Source: the human T2T-CHM13v2.0 reference genome, Homo sapiens. Taken from it: a stretch of 64,000 bases of DNA. The DNA lies in assembly GCF_009914755.1 (NCBI RefSeq), contig NC_060947.1. One strand, 5' to 3'. The notes beneath the pieces are model-generated. The model did not search any database and had not been told where the DNA came from. It saw only the letters and a list, made by a program, of their open reading frames with translations. The position numbers and the translations under genes are program-made. Positions 1 through 15,350 of the stretch are shown in pieces (positions within the stretch are counted from its first letter, which is position 1; every line of letters starts with the position of its first letter).

Positions 1-961
1 GAAAGTGTTTTAATTCACATGTGCTGATTGTTCCTGCAGTTCTTTGCTGAGTGAGACTGTGACTCAACTTTTACCCCAAACCCAGCTGTGTTAGGATCCT
101 TCCTCTCTGGAAGCTGTGGTGCTGACCCCTGGGTGGTTTCATGCAGTCCCTCCCTCTTTCCCACCCCTGTGGCAGTCACTGCTTGGCTAACTAGGTGGGT
201 AAACAGAGGAGCCTACTCTCCATTCAAGGGGCTTTCTTTGGGAGAGTGCAGAGAGAAGCATGCTGTGAAACTACTTTCATCTTGTGACCATCACTGAAAT
301 CCTGGAGAGTGGATTTCTGTGGATACTGACTGCTAAATGTAAGCTTCATTTGAGAGACATGTTGGCCCTTCTCCTAGGTGTCTGTAATTTCCCTGAAGCT
401 GCCCAATTGGGGTTACCATGTGGATAGATTCATACATTAGTTCTGGGACCACCCTACTACTTAATTCCCTTGGCTTAGAGGTGTTCCCCATTCCAAAGCT
501 GAACCGTCTTATGGGGTAGGGCTGGTGATATTTATTTTTTCCGATTATTATTTTCACCTCCAAAACCAAGACACTTTTGTTGTAGATAAAAATGGAAAAG
601 TGAGGAAAGCAAAAAAAAAAAAAATTAAAAACTAGTAAAAGTCTACTACTTATGGAGAAGCACTGTTAACAGTTGAATATATATACAGTCACGTGTCACT
701 TAATGATGGGGATACATTTTGAGAAATGTGTTGTTAAATTGTTTCAGTGTGGTAATATCATGGAGTGCAGTTATACAAACCTAGCCTTCTACATACTTAG
801 GCTAGATGGTACAGCCTGTTGCTCCCAGGCTACAAACCTGTACAGCATGTTACTATACTGAATACTGTAGACAATTATAACAAAATGGTCAGTATTTGTG
901 TATCTAAACATATCTAAGCAATAATAAACAGTAAAATTATGGTATAAAATATACAAAATGG

Positions 962-1280
962 GGCCAGGTGCAGTGGCTCACACCTGTAATCCCAGCACTT
1001 TGGGAGGCCGAGGCAGGTGGATCACATGAGGCCAGGAGTTCGAGACCAGCCTGGCCAACACGGTGAAATGCTGACTCCACTAAAAATACAAAAACTAGCT
1101 GGGCATGGTGGCGGGTGCCTGTAATCCTGGCTACTTAGGAGGCTGAGGCATGAGAATCACTTGAGCCAGGGAGATGGAGGTTACAGTGAGCCCAGATCGT
1201 GCTACTGTACTCCAGCCTGGGCGAAAGAGTGAGACCCTGTCTCAAAAAAAAAAAAGAAAAGAAAAAGAAAAGAAAGAAAA
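962..1280 (+). mobile_element. AluS
   Basis: Full dimer, A tail, TSD atacaaaatgg. Confidence 0.92.
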
Positions 1281-1582
1281 GATACAAAATGGCACACCTA
1301 TATAGGGCACTTACCATGAATGGAGCTTGCAGGACTGGAAGTTGCTCTGGGTGAGTGAGTAGTGAATGAAAGTGAAAGTCTAGGACATTACCGTACACTC
1401 CTATAGACTATAAACACTGTACAGTTAGGCTATACTAAATTTAATAATAAATTCAATACTAAGTTTACTGTAACCTTTTTACTTTATAATTTTTTAATTT
1501 TTTTAACTTTTTGACTCTTTGGTAATAACACTTTGCTTAAAACACAAACACATTGTAGAGCTATAAAAAATATTTTCTCTCC

Positions 1583-1951
<369 letters not shown>

Positions 1952-2699
1952 TAGAAACTAAGACACAAACACACATATGAGCCTAGGCCTACATGGGGTC
2001 AGGTACACGGGGTCAGGATCATCAATATCACTATCTTCCACCTCCACATCTTGTCTCACCAGAAGGTCTTTGGGGGCAAAGTAACAGGCATGGGGCTGTC
2101 ATCTCCTATTGATAGCAATGCCTTCTTGAATACCTCCTGAAGGACCTGCCTGAGACTGTTTTACAGTTAACCTTTTTTAATATGTAGAAGAGTATGTTCT
2201 AAAGTAATGATAAAATGTATAGTACAATAAACACATAAACCAGCAACATAGTCATTTATTATCATTATCAAGTATTATGTATTGTACACAATTGTATGTG
2301 CTATACTTTTATACAACTGGCAGCATAGTAGGTTTGTTTACATGGGCATCACCAGAAACATGAGGAATGCATTGAGCTACGAATGTTACAACAAGAATTT
2401 ACATGCAACAAGAAGTTTTCAGCTCCATTATAATCTTGGACTGCTATTGAATATGTGGTCCTTCATCAAGTGAAATGTTGTTATGTAGTGTGTGACTATA
2501 TATTTTTTTCATAAATTCTATTATGCAAATATAACCATGCATATTTAGGAATGCCGTGAGATGATATCCTACTTAGAGCTGTGCAAATTGCTTTTTTTTT
2601 AACAGACATCGTAATATGAATGGCAATCTATGCCAATCAATAAAAATTCACATAATAATAAAAATGGCAATACGTTAACACTGATTTTTTAAAAGGTTA

Positions 2700-2900
2700 A
2701 TATTTATTATTGACATCCTCAGTTCCTGACACTGTTGTTAAGAGCTAAACCTATACTTATTTAATCCTCAGCATCATCTGTAAGGAGGAGCTATTGTTGC
2801 CTGCGTTTAAACATAAGGGAACTGAGGCACAGTGAAGGCAGGGCTAGCAAGTGTCGAGACTTAGATTTGAACATTGGCTGTGTGGCTCTCAAGCCCCTAC
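2700..2900 (-). mobile_element. MIR (paralogs at ~31370-31610 and ~60180-60410)
   Basis: MIR core ttaatcctca...aactgaggcacag. Confidence 0.65.
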
Positions 2901-2937
2901 ATCTAACCAGTATGAGCAGCTGCTTTTCATCCGATAA

Positions 2938-3348
<411 letters not shown>

Positions 3349-3575
3349 TAATATTCTGTGTGGTTTTGAATTTGGGAGAAATATGTTCAGTAATACTGTG
3401 GAAATGTCTTATCTCCCTTCCTGCCTTAGGGATGTTCCTGTTCTGAAGTAAATAGCTTTCTTGTGGTTGGGAACACAGAATGGTTATGTTTTTCAGACAT
3501 TTTAATATTTGTGTAATTGAAAGAGGAATAGTGCTTATTATAGGTAAAAATAGAAGATACAGAAAAGAAAAAATA

Positions 3576-4012
<437 letters not shown>

Positions 4013-4067
4013 TTACATACAAAAGATACTTCATCTTACATTTAGTTTTGTAACTTGCTTGCCTCAC

Positions 4068-4454
4068 TGTAATGGGTTGAATTGTGTCTCCTCAAAAATA
4101 TGCACTAATTCTAACACCCACTATACCTTATTTGGAAATAGGATCTTTGCAAATCTAATTAAGCTAAAGATCTAAAGATGTGATCATCCAATTGCCAGTA
4201 TCATTATAAAAGAAAGAGGGATATTTGACACAGATAGGGAGAAAGGCCATGTGAAGATGGAGGAAGAGATTGGAACTATAAAGTAGGAACCACCAAAAGA
4301 TATAAGAGGAAAGGAAGGATTCTCCCCTGAGTCTTCAGAAAGAGTTGGCCCTGTCTAGACCTTGGTTTTGTACTTTTGGCCTTGGTTTTGTACTTTTGAA
4401 CTCTGAAATAATAAATTTATGTAATTTGTTATGGCAGCCCTAGAAAATTTATAC
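4068..4454 (+). mobile_element. MLT1 (MaLR) solo LTR, shared with arm C
   Basis: tgtaatgggttgaattgtgtc...gcagccctagaaaatttataca, TSD ctcac. Confidence 0.8.
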
Positions 4455-7400
4455 ACTCACTAACAACATACCACAAACGGTATTCCTTGTGAATAAACTT
4501 TAGTCTATATCCTATTTTTATGACTATAGTGATACTAATGCCAATAAAATATATAAAGAGAAATGAGTAAAATTTCTTATGTACCATATGCATTTATGTA
4601 TTGAGTCATTAAATTTTCACAGCACCCTTACAAGGTAGAAATTGTGGCTAATCTCTGTTTTATAGATGAAAAACTGATGACAGAGAGAATATGGACTCTG
4701 CCTGAGACTGTACAGTTAGGGATTGAGACAGCTTATATTTGTGTCCAGTACATCATGCTCCAGAGCCTGGGAAACTGTGAAGGCTCTGATAGGTGGAAGA
4801 AGCAGTCTGCACAAGCATGCGTGTTTTAGGAGATTACTTTTAAAAAGTAATACTCATTATGATAATATATTTACACACACACACACACACAGACTGAACC
4901 TGGTGACCAAAAGGTGGATTTTAACCTTGGTGAGATCATGTTTGTTGCCATCCTGGAAACAGACATCATAGTGCAATGGGATAAGGACCATGGGAAGTGA
5001 AGAATGTTAACAGAGTGCAGAAAATCCTTTTGGTACTTTGAATTTGAAAGGGAAGAGAGAGACCTAGAGATACAGACAGACATATTTATAGAGAGAAGCA
5101 TTCTGTGGCTGAATAGGAATGAAGGGTTCAATGAGAGACTTTTTAAAATCTTCAATTCCATGAAACTTGAGCAAGTTTTCAAATTAATGTGAAGAAGCTG
5201 TCTTATCTCAGGTTTATCCCTCGAAGCTTTCCATATATTGATTTCCCTTCTCACATTCTTATTTCCACTTTGGAGAACATGAGACCCTTCCAATGGACTA
5301 ATAGGGGTTTTGAGCTCAATATATATTTACTTGTTAGTAAATGAAAGAATGGACATTGTATGAAAGAAATGCTAGTAACTCTTGGATTTTTGTCCTTCAG
5401 GGAGGCAGCAGGTGGCTGAAATCCTGGTGTGATGTGGCTGGATCATGCATGATCTGAGGACTCCTGCACAGGTGACTGCAGGATGAGTACAGAATTTTTC
5501 TATAAATATACTAAAATACCAAGTAAGCCAGGAGCAGCCACTAGGCAAACACCAAACCTTGCATTCCTGGCCAAACCTATCACAGAGCTCATCAGGTAAG
5601 TTCAAAGACACACCTGTCTTCCCAGCATTGGGAACTGGATTGGGGTCTACTCAGAGGCATGATGTTGACCAGATTTTATGAAACACCCAAGAATGTAGAG
5701 AACATTCTGTCTTTAAAACCTTGAATTCAAAACATATCAGAGAGAGATTTACTTCCCTTATATGGATGTCTGTGTTCTCATTAGGAGAGAAACAATGAAA
5801 AATGACTTTTCACAATGCCTGCCTTAGCCGTGAGGCTCAGCCAACCCCCACTTCTATGTCTCAGCATTTAAAGGGCAATTGAAGTCCCACTCCATGCTAT
5901 ATACTCTCAAGAGGTTTTCTCATTTACCCTTCAGAACAGCTCTGTAAAGATGGTATGGTCAGTCCCATTTCACAGATGACTAAGCTCAGGCTCACAGAGC
6001 CTAAGTCACCCCTCCAGGTAAGTGGCAGGGTTGGAATGAGGTTCTATTCCTCACCCTCCCTAGAGAACCCTGAGCAGCTTCCGTTTTAGAAGATGGGTTT
6101 CCAGGGCTTGAGAAATGGTCAGATTCCCCCCTGATATTGTGGCCCCACAGGTCCTCACTCCACAACCCCTCTGGGTGATGAGGAAGACAGAAGAGGTGAA
6201 ATCCTGCGCTTTGTGCCATGAGATCTGGGTGTAGGGCCACAGGAGTTAGCTAATCCTTGAAGTGGTGAGTGGGCTCAGGCAGAAGCTCAAGTGTTGGCCT
6301 TGGGACAGGTGAGCTGGAGAGAAGGAAAGTAACATGCACTGAACCACTGTAAGCAAATGCAATTTACAGCTCATCTCCTTTAATCCTAACAACCATTTAA
6401 GATACTCATCATTCTGACCATTATTCAGATCAGTGTGCTGTCTTTAGGGGAGTTTATGTAAGTCAGGGAAACAACCTAGTTGTCCTGTGATCATCAGCTA
6501 ACTCTGGAATACTCCAAAGTTGTATCATTTTCTCTTGATGTCTCCAGGGCTCTGAATGTTCTAATCTCCCTGCAGGCTGATAGCGCCTGCTCCTCATGGT
6601 GTTATTCAACATTTTTTCTTTTTAAATTATGACCTGTATATTTTTGTCACATTATTGACATTTAAAACACTTTCTCAGTAAAAATAAGGCTAAACATTTT
6701 TTAACTTAAGGGAGAAAACATTTGCAAACTACATCTCAGATACTGGGTTAGTATCCATGATTTGTGAACCACATTCTGTAACAAAATGACTGGCAGCTGT
6801 TTTCAACAGACATTCTCATTAAAATATACATGAACAATAAACATGTTAAAATATGTCAAAACTGGAAGTACTAATAAGATGCAAATATAAATCTTCAAGA
6901 GAATATTATGTGGAAGAAAAAAGTTGCAAAAAAAATTAGTACTGTGATTCACTTTTGGAACAGATTGTGTGTTTGCGTGCACCTCACCTACAGGGACACA
7001 TCTGGAGAGTATGCACCATTCTGTTGACAACAGACCCTTTTGGGTCAGAGGGTAGGCTTCAGGCCAGTGAGATATGCAGATTCATTTCAATTTATAAATA
7101 TACTTTTATACATTGTTTGAAATTTTGTATTTAGGGAAAAAAGCATTTCAATAAATACTTTTGAATAGATTGGCAACAGTAATTGTAATGTATTTCATTA
7201 ATTCGAAAGTACATTCATTGTATTCAATTTTGTATTGAGACAAAGTAGATAAAAATGGAATTGATAATGTCTATGTGTGTGAGTGTGTGTGTGTGTGTGT
7301 GTGTGTATCTTCTCTTGCTCTATCACCCAAATAAACATACGTGCAGCTTTACCTTTAATTCAGACAGGGGATGGAACCAATATCAGTTTTAGATATCCCA

Positions 7401-7534
7401 GAAAATAGTGGATACAGAGAGACAGCTACCATGAGCTGAATAATTCCGGAAGACTCCAGCTGATACCTTCTGGGAGCCAAATTCCCAAACTCCATCCCTC
7501 TTTCCCTCTTACCGAGGCCCTTGGCTGACAGAGA

Positions 7535-7565
7535 TGCAATCCTGTCTCTGGGCACCAGATGGCAT
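7535..7565 (+). promoter_or_regulatory. Second CTCF-like motif family member (forward)
   Basis: TGCAATCCT-gtctc-tgg-GCACCAGATGGCAT. Confidence 0.5.
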
Positions 7566-7679
7566 CGATCTCTTTATTTTTTTTTTTTTAATAAAAAGGA
7601 GTATATTTTGTAGAGTAACGAAGGACTTAAAATGGTTTGTTTACCATGATCATAATTCTGTGTGCAAAATTCATATATT

Positions 7680-8200
7680 TTATTTATTTATATAAATATA
7701 TTTATGAATTTATACAAACTATATGAATTTTATTTATTTATATACTATATATTATATATCATATATACAATATATTATATTGTATATATAATATATCATA
7801 TATTGTGTATATATCATATATTGTGTATATAGTATATATTATATATAATATATTATATATTGTATATATAATATATTGTGTGTATGTAATGTGTATTATA
7901 TATTATATTATATATATTATATATGTTATATATTGTATATATTATATATCATATGTAATATATTACATATATATCGTGTATATATTATATATTGCATATA
8001 TAATATATGTTATATATAATATGTTATATATAATGTATGTATGTGATATATTACATATTGTATGTATGTGATATATATTGTATGTATGTGGTGTATTATA
8101 TATTGTATGTAATATATTATATTGTATGTATGTGATATATTATATATTGTGTATATATGATATATATTATATATTGTATATATATATATAATATATATTT
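7680..8200. repeat. Degenerate (TA)n-rich low-complexity tract
   Basis: ~500 bp, strongly A/T-rich, with alternating TA. Confidence 0.95.
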
Positions 8201-8649
8201 TAAAGCAGTTGCATTATGGTGCTCCAAGAATCTCATCGCATTCACTGATTTATCTTTTCCTTCCTCAGGGTAGGTTGAGGTGTCCACACTGTAGAGGGGT
8301 CCCTCCCTCCCAGAGAGCAGGCAGTTTGCCCTCCGTTACCCCACTCCTGTACAGGCTTCCCAGACCTTCTCCACCCACTTTCAGTCATCCCCTCTCTGGG
8401 ACACTGTGGACACAGCCACCCAGACTCAGTTCCACCTCCCTCATCATTTCTTAGTCACCTTACGCCTGCCCCTGTGCTGTCCTATGCCAGCCGGTGGCTC
8501 CCAATGTGTGCTAGAGCTACCTGGTGTTTCATAGTATGGATGCCCCAGAGTATATTTATTTAGTGTTCTTTTGCATCTGTCAGTTTTTTCAGACAGAAAA
8601 TTTTGAAAATAGGTTCACAAGCTGTGTTTTAAGGGAGGTATGGTATTTC

Positions 8650-8887
8650 TTTTTTTTTTTTTTAATTTTTTTTTTATTAAAGTTTTAGGGTACATGTGCA
8701 CAATGTGCAGGTTAGTTACATATGTATACATGTGCCATGCTGGTGCGCTGCACCCACTAACTCGTCATCTAGCATTAGGTATATCTCCCAATGCTATCCC
8801 TCCCCCCTCCCCCCACCCCACAACAGTCCCCAGAGTGTGATATTCCCCTTCCTGTGTCCATGTGATCTCACTGTTCAATTCCCACCT
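8650..8887 (-). mobile_element. Young 5'-truncated L1 (L1PA2-like) 3' end
   Basis: Near-consensus L1 3' UTR; GAG rather than ACA at the Ta diagnostic; poly-T at the left. Confidence 0.85.
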
Positions 8888-8937
8888 TTTTGCTCATTGT
8901 ATATATTGCTTTGCAGTCTGATAATGGTGATATGTTA

Positions 8938-8970
8938 GTGCCCCCTCGTGACAGAAGCCTAAACTGCAGC
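8938..8970 (-). promoter_or_regulatory. CTCF-like motif with upstream module (reverse)
   Basis: Reverse complement gcTGCAGTTTAggcttctgTCACGAGGGGGCAC; 32/33 identical to the paralog at 52607-52639. Confidence 0.65.
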
Positions 8971-9042
8971 TTGAACATCCGGGAGCAGGAAAGTGGGAGG
9001 AAGGGGTTGTGGCCCAAGCCCACCCCACAGAGCTTTCTATAA

Positions 9043-9855
<813 letters not shown>

Positions 9856-10162
9856 TAACCTGTGTTTGCCTTTACTATGACCATCTTTCAAATTCAATTT
9901 CAATTTTTTGTATAGAGTTGGTGTTTCATCATATGATGCCCTAAACTTTATTTTCCCAGTACTCTAGTGGTGAAAATTTAATTCCTTTTAATATAGTTTC
10001 TATTACAGACAATAGTATACTTAACACCAGCTTTTATATATGCAGATATCTTTTAAAGCATTTCTTTATAAGCTCCTGAAGAGTCCTTTCAAAACCCTGG
10101 AAATTAGAACATTTTATATTAACATAATGGTTCAAAATACTACTACTAATTTACATTCCTAA

Positions 10163-10662
10163 TGTAACCACAGAACCGTTCAATATGCTTTGACTTTGTA
10201 ACAAAGTGATGAGTTGTTTTTTAGATGCAGTGGATCCCCAGGTTGCAAGTCATATAACCTGAGCATGCCCAGATGAACCAAGTATGCCTGATTGGTGAAC
10301 CTGGAACTGGCCAGAACAGAAAATGTCAACCACATGTGGAATCTAAGTATTCAGATTGAGAAATGAGGACCAAAATGAGAAGTGAGTGGTTCCCTGTTTT
10401 TTTCCCAGTACAAACTTAAAAGCCAAGGACTTGGCACCACTTCTTTGCATGATCCAATCAGATCATGCCTGGTTGCATTTCCCTATGTCCCCCATAGTTA
10501 CTCTCTGCCTTCAGACCCCAGCTCGAGGAAACAGATTTGAGTGTTGCTGGTCCTGTCTCCTTGCTGGTCGACCTTGCAATAAAGCTTTTTCTTTCCTCAA
10601 AAGCTAGTGCCATAGTATTGGCTTCTATGTGCATTGGTGACCAAGCCCATTGCTCAGTAACA
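10163..10662 (+). mobile_element. Solo LTR, LTR47-like
   Basis: TG...CA ends, internal AATAAA, flanking ctaa duplication, absent from arm C. Confidence 0.7.
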
Positions 10663-11173
10663 CTAACATCACAGTATGAAAGTGCCTGTTTCTACACACA
10701 TTGAAATAATGGGCATGGTAGCTAATCTGATAGGCAAAAAATTCTCTCTCATCATTGTCTTCATTGTAACTCATTTTATTGCTTACCTACAATTTCATGC
10801 TGTGGATGTAACATAATTTTCAGAACTCCATGTTATTCAGAGTGTTCTGATACTCCCTAATGTCAACACTGTGTCGATGGCATCTTTTCAAAGTATGTGC
10901 TCCGCTGAAGGGCACAGTTCCGGGCACAGTTCCTGTGGCTGTTTGGACTGGTGAGCCAAATGTGTCCTCTTGGAACTCACCAAACTGTCATAGAAGAATA
11001 CTAGTATTGTGATAAAAAGAGCCTGGTCCATGTATAAATGTGTGTGTGTGTGTGTGTGTGATTGTGTATGTGCTGGCGTGATTGTGTGTGTGATGACAAC
11101 CACATTTTCCTCTGCTTCCTTCTTTTCCTTCATGGCTTTGCATCTCATTTGGTCTCCCTTCCTAAATTCAGGC

Positions 11174-11606
11174 TGAGAACAAAAGTTCTCTGAAAAGGAA
11201 TTTAGAGGAAAGAGACTTTATTCCAGTGAATAGTTTGCAAATCGGGGAGATGTAGCCTTCAGTATAAAATGAAGGTGTGTTCCAGAGGACAAAGGGAAGG
11301 TTTGTCTTTTATGAAGAAAATTCTCACCCAGGTTCCCACTCAGGTCAACTTATGCAAATGAAGGATTCCAACTTGCTTAGTTCTGATTGGTTGACATAGG
11401 TGAAAGCTTATTGGTTGGTTCAAGCACCATAAAAAGGAACAGGCAGCTATGAAAGTCCCAAAGTTAAGCAGACTTTCAGGTTTTCTGGGAACTCGAAGTC
11501 ATGTGTGACCTCTACTCAGCAAATGGCCACTTGGCTCTAATTTGAATTTAGGCCCAGTTAAACACCCAGGATTTATCTTGAAGGACTGGTTCTTTCAGGC
11601 TTCACA
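11174..11606 (-). mobile_element. ERV1-class solo LTR (subfamily uncertain)
   Basis: TG...CA ends, 4-bp TSD aggc, ATTGG boxes, ATGCAAAT at 11352-11359. Confidence 0.7.
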
Positions 11607-12164
11607 AGGCCCAGAAGTAAAGGAAGGGAATTATCAGAATAGCAGTTCTTTTTACCATATCCTTATCCACATCCTTCCTTACATTCTGAAGATAAACTTG
11701 TTCAAGGGAAATTGTTTGTGCAAACAGTGTGTCCATATGTAGGTTTTTGATAAATATTGCCACACTGACACTCATCAAGGTAGTGCTATTTAGACTCCCT
11801 AAGTGAAGTCATGCAAGAAAACACACAGGGGAGTGAAGAAAGTAATAGTAATGACATCCTGTTAGACAGTAAATGCCCTATACTTTGTTGTAGACCTACT
11901 CTCAAGCCATTGCCACAGTTGGAACATGTGGAAGTGATCAGATGAAAATCAAACTTTACACCCGAGTAAAACCCGAAGTAACATGTGGGATAGTGTTAGG
12001 AGGGGAAAATCCTTGGAGGAACATATGACAAAGAGTCAGCAGGGCTGGGATACAGCTACCGTTTTACATGCATTCACATTTATATAAAAGATGTACATCA
12101 CAGCCTTTGTATGAAAAAGTTTGGTCACTACTGTGGTACAACAGAAGACCAGGGCAATATCATA

Positions 12165-15100
12165 TTTTTAAACGGCTTTCTTGTAGTATAATTTATGGAC
12201 AATAAAATGCATGCTTTTGAAGATAGAATTTTGTGATTTTTAGTAAATGTATAGAGTTGTGCAATGATCTTCATAATTGAGGGTTTTAAAATCTTTTATT
12301 TTTAATTTTTGTGGGTACATAATAGGCATATATATTTTTGGGGATACATGAGATTTTGGTACAGGTAGGGAATGTGTAATAATCACATCATTAAAAATTA
12401 GGTATCCATCCCCTCAAGCATTTATCCTTTGTGTTACAAACAATTCAATTATACTCTTTTAGTTATTTTGAAATGCACACTTAAATTATTATTGACTATT
12501 GTCCCCCTGTTGTGCTACCAAGTACTAGGTCTTATTCATTCTTTCTAATTTTTTTATACTCATTAACCATATGCACCTCCCCTCCAGCCTGCCACCATCC
12601 TTCCCAGCCTCTAGTAACCATCCTTCTAGTCTCTACCTCCATGAGTTCAATTGCGTTCATTTTTATCTCCCACAAATAAGTGAGAACATGCAATGTTTGT
12701 CTTTCTGTGCCTGGCTTATTTTACTTAACATAATGACTTCCAGTTCCATCCATGTTTTTGCAAATGACTGAATCACATTCTTCTTGATGGCTGACTAGTA
12801 CTCCGTTGTGTATGTGTACCACATTTTCTTTATCCATTCATCTCTTGATGGACACTTAAGTTGCTTCCAAATGTTAGCTATAGTGAACAGTGCTGCAACA
12901 AACATGGGAGTGCAGATGTCTCTTTAATATACTGATTTCCTTTCTTTTGGGTATATACCCAGCAGTGGGATTGCGGGTCATATGGAAGTTCAATTTTTAG
13001 TTTTTTTGAGGAACCTTCAAAATGTTCTACATAGTGGTTTTACTAACTTACATTCCTACCAACAGTGTACAAGGTTTCCCTTTTCTCCACATCCTTGCCA
13101 GCATTTGTTATTGCCTGTCTTTTGGATATAAGCCATTTTAACTGGGGTGAGATGATATCTTGTTGTAGTTTGGATTGGCATTTCTCTGATGATCAATGAA
13201 GTTGAGCACCTTTTCATATGCCTGTCTGCCATTTGTATGTCTTCTTTAGAGAAATGTCTATTCAAATCTTTTGCCCACCTTTTAATCAGTTTAGTTATTT
13301 TTGCTATAGAGTTGTTTGAGCTCATTATATATTCTGGTTATTAATCCCTTGTCAAATGGGTAGTCTGCAAATATTTTCTCCCATTCTGTGGGTTGTCTCT
13401 TCACTTTGTTGATTGTTTCCTTTGCTGTGCAAAAGCTTTTTAACTTGATGTGATTCCATTTGTCCGTTTTTGCTTTGGTTGCCTGTGTTGGGGTATTACT
13501 CTAGAAATCTTTGCCCAGACCAATGTCCTGGAGAGTTTCCCCAAAGTCTTGTAGTTTCATAGTTTGAAGTCTTAGATTTAAGCCTTTAACTGATATTGAT
13601 TTAATTTTTGTATATGGCAAGAAATAGAGGGTCTATTTTCATTCTTCTGCGTATGGATTTCCAGATTTCCCAGCACCACTTATTGAAGAGACTGTCTTTT
13701 CCTCAGTATAGGTTCTTTGTTGAAAATGGGTTCACTGTAGGTGTGTGGATTTGTTTCTGGGTTCTTTATTCTGTTCCACTGGTCTATGTGTCTGTTTTTA
13801 TGCCAGTACCATGCTGTTTTGGTGATATAGCTCTGTAGTATAATTTGAAGTGAGGTATTGTGATTCCTCCAGTTTTGTTCTTTTTGCTCAAGATAGCTTT
13901 GGGAATTCTGGGTCTTTTGTGATTCTATATGAATTTTAGGATTGTTCTGTTTCTGTGGAGAATGTCATTGGTATTTTTATAGGGATTGTATTAAATCTGT
14001 AGATTGCTTTGAGTAGAATGGACATTTTAACAATATTGATTCTTCCAATCAATGAACATGAAATACTTTTCCATTTTTTGGCGTCATCTTCAATTTCTGT
14101 CATCAGTGTTTTATAGCTTTCATTATAGAGGCCTTTCACTTCTTTGGTTAATTCCTGTGTATTTAATTTTATTTATGGCTATTGTAAATGGGATTACTTT
14201 TAAATTTATTTTTTAGATTGTTCACTCTTGGCTGGCATATAGAAACACTACTGATTTTTGTATGTTGATTTTGTATCTTGCAACTATACTGAATTTGTTT
14301 ATGAGTTCTAATCGTTTTTTGATGGAGTCTAGGTTTTTCCAAATATAAGATCATGTCATCTGCAAACAAGGATAATTTGACTTCTTCTTTTCCAGTTTGG
14401 ATGCCCTTTATTTCTTTCTCTTGTCTGATTGCTGTAGCTGGGACTTCATCGTTGAGTTTTAGACATTTTCATCACCCTAAGATTACCCATCCTGCTTGAA
14501 TGCAGTTAATCCCTGTGCCCACCCCCAGCCCTAGGCAATCACAGATATGCTTTGTTTCTCTGTGGATTTGCTTGTTTTTGACATTTTATATAAGTGAAAT
14601 CAAACAATATTTGGTCTTTTGCATCTGGCTTCTTTCACTTTACATAATGTTTTCAAAATCTGTGTTGCAGCATATATCAGTTCCTCATCCATATTTATTG
14701 CTGAATATACCACATTTTATCCATGTATCAATTGATGAGCATTTGGGTTGTTTCCACTCTTTGGCTATTTTGAATGATGATCCTGTATACATTCAGGTAC
14801 AAGTTTTTATGTAGGCATATTTCTTTTGGCTATGTACCTAGGGGTGGAATTGCTGTGTCATATGGTAACTCCCTGTTAACCATTTGAGGTATGGCCAGAC
14901 TATTTTCATAAGCTTGATTTCATGAGAAGTACAGGCATAACTTGTTTTTCTCATTATTAGACTGAGGTTATGGGTTTTCAGAAGGAATACCGCAGAGATG
15001 AATTGCCCTTTTTATCACACCATATATGGGTTTACATGCTACCCATATGATATCAATGGTGATGTTAACCTTCATCACTTGGTTAAGGTACTGTTTGCCA

Positions 15101-15350
15101 AATTTCTCCAGTGTGTGGTAACTATTTTACATTCCTATACTCTTTTCTGTAGAAGTAAGTCACTAAGTCAGCCCTGTTCTTAGGAGGTAGAGGACAGAAT
15201 TAAACTTCACCTCATGAACTGAGGGTTAGCCACATATATTGTTTAGAATTATTTGATTGAGACAATTTGTCTTCTCTGACCCATTTCTTTGTCAATGGAA
15301 ACACTTAATTTATATCAGTATGGAATCATGTACACTTATCATATAGTTGT
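12165..15350 (-). mobile_element. Old L1M fragments with a nested L1MA (~12295-14447)
   Basis: Minus-strand ORF2 remnants (e.g. [30 protein letters not shown]). Confidence 0.9.

Noticed and set aside
5404-5418. CTCF-like GCAGCAGGTGGCTG
   Set aside because: Not conserved in paralogs (~27985, ~58235) and lacks the upstream module.
7805-8071. Tyr/Ile-rich hydrophobic ORF
   Set aside because: Translation of the TA repeat.
13056-14369. Reverse-transcriptase-like peptides
   Set aside because: Fragmented L1 ORF2 remnants, not functional.
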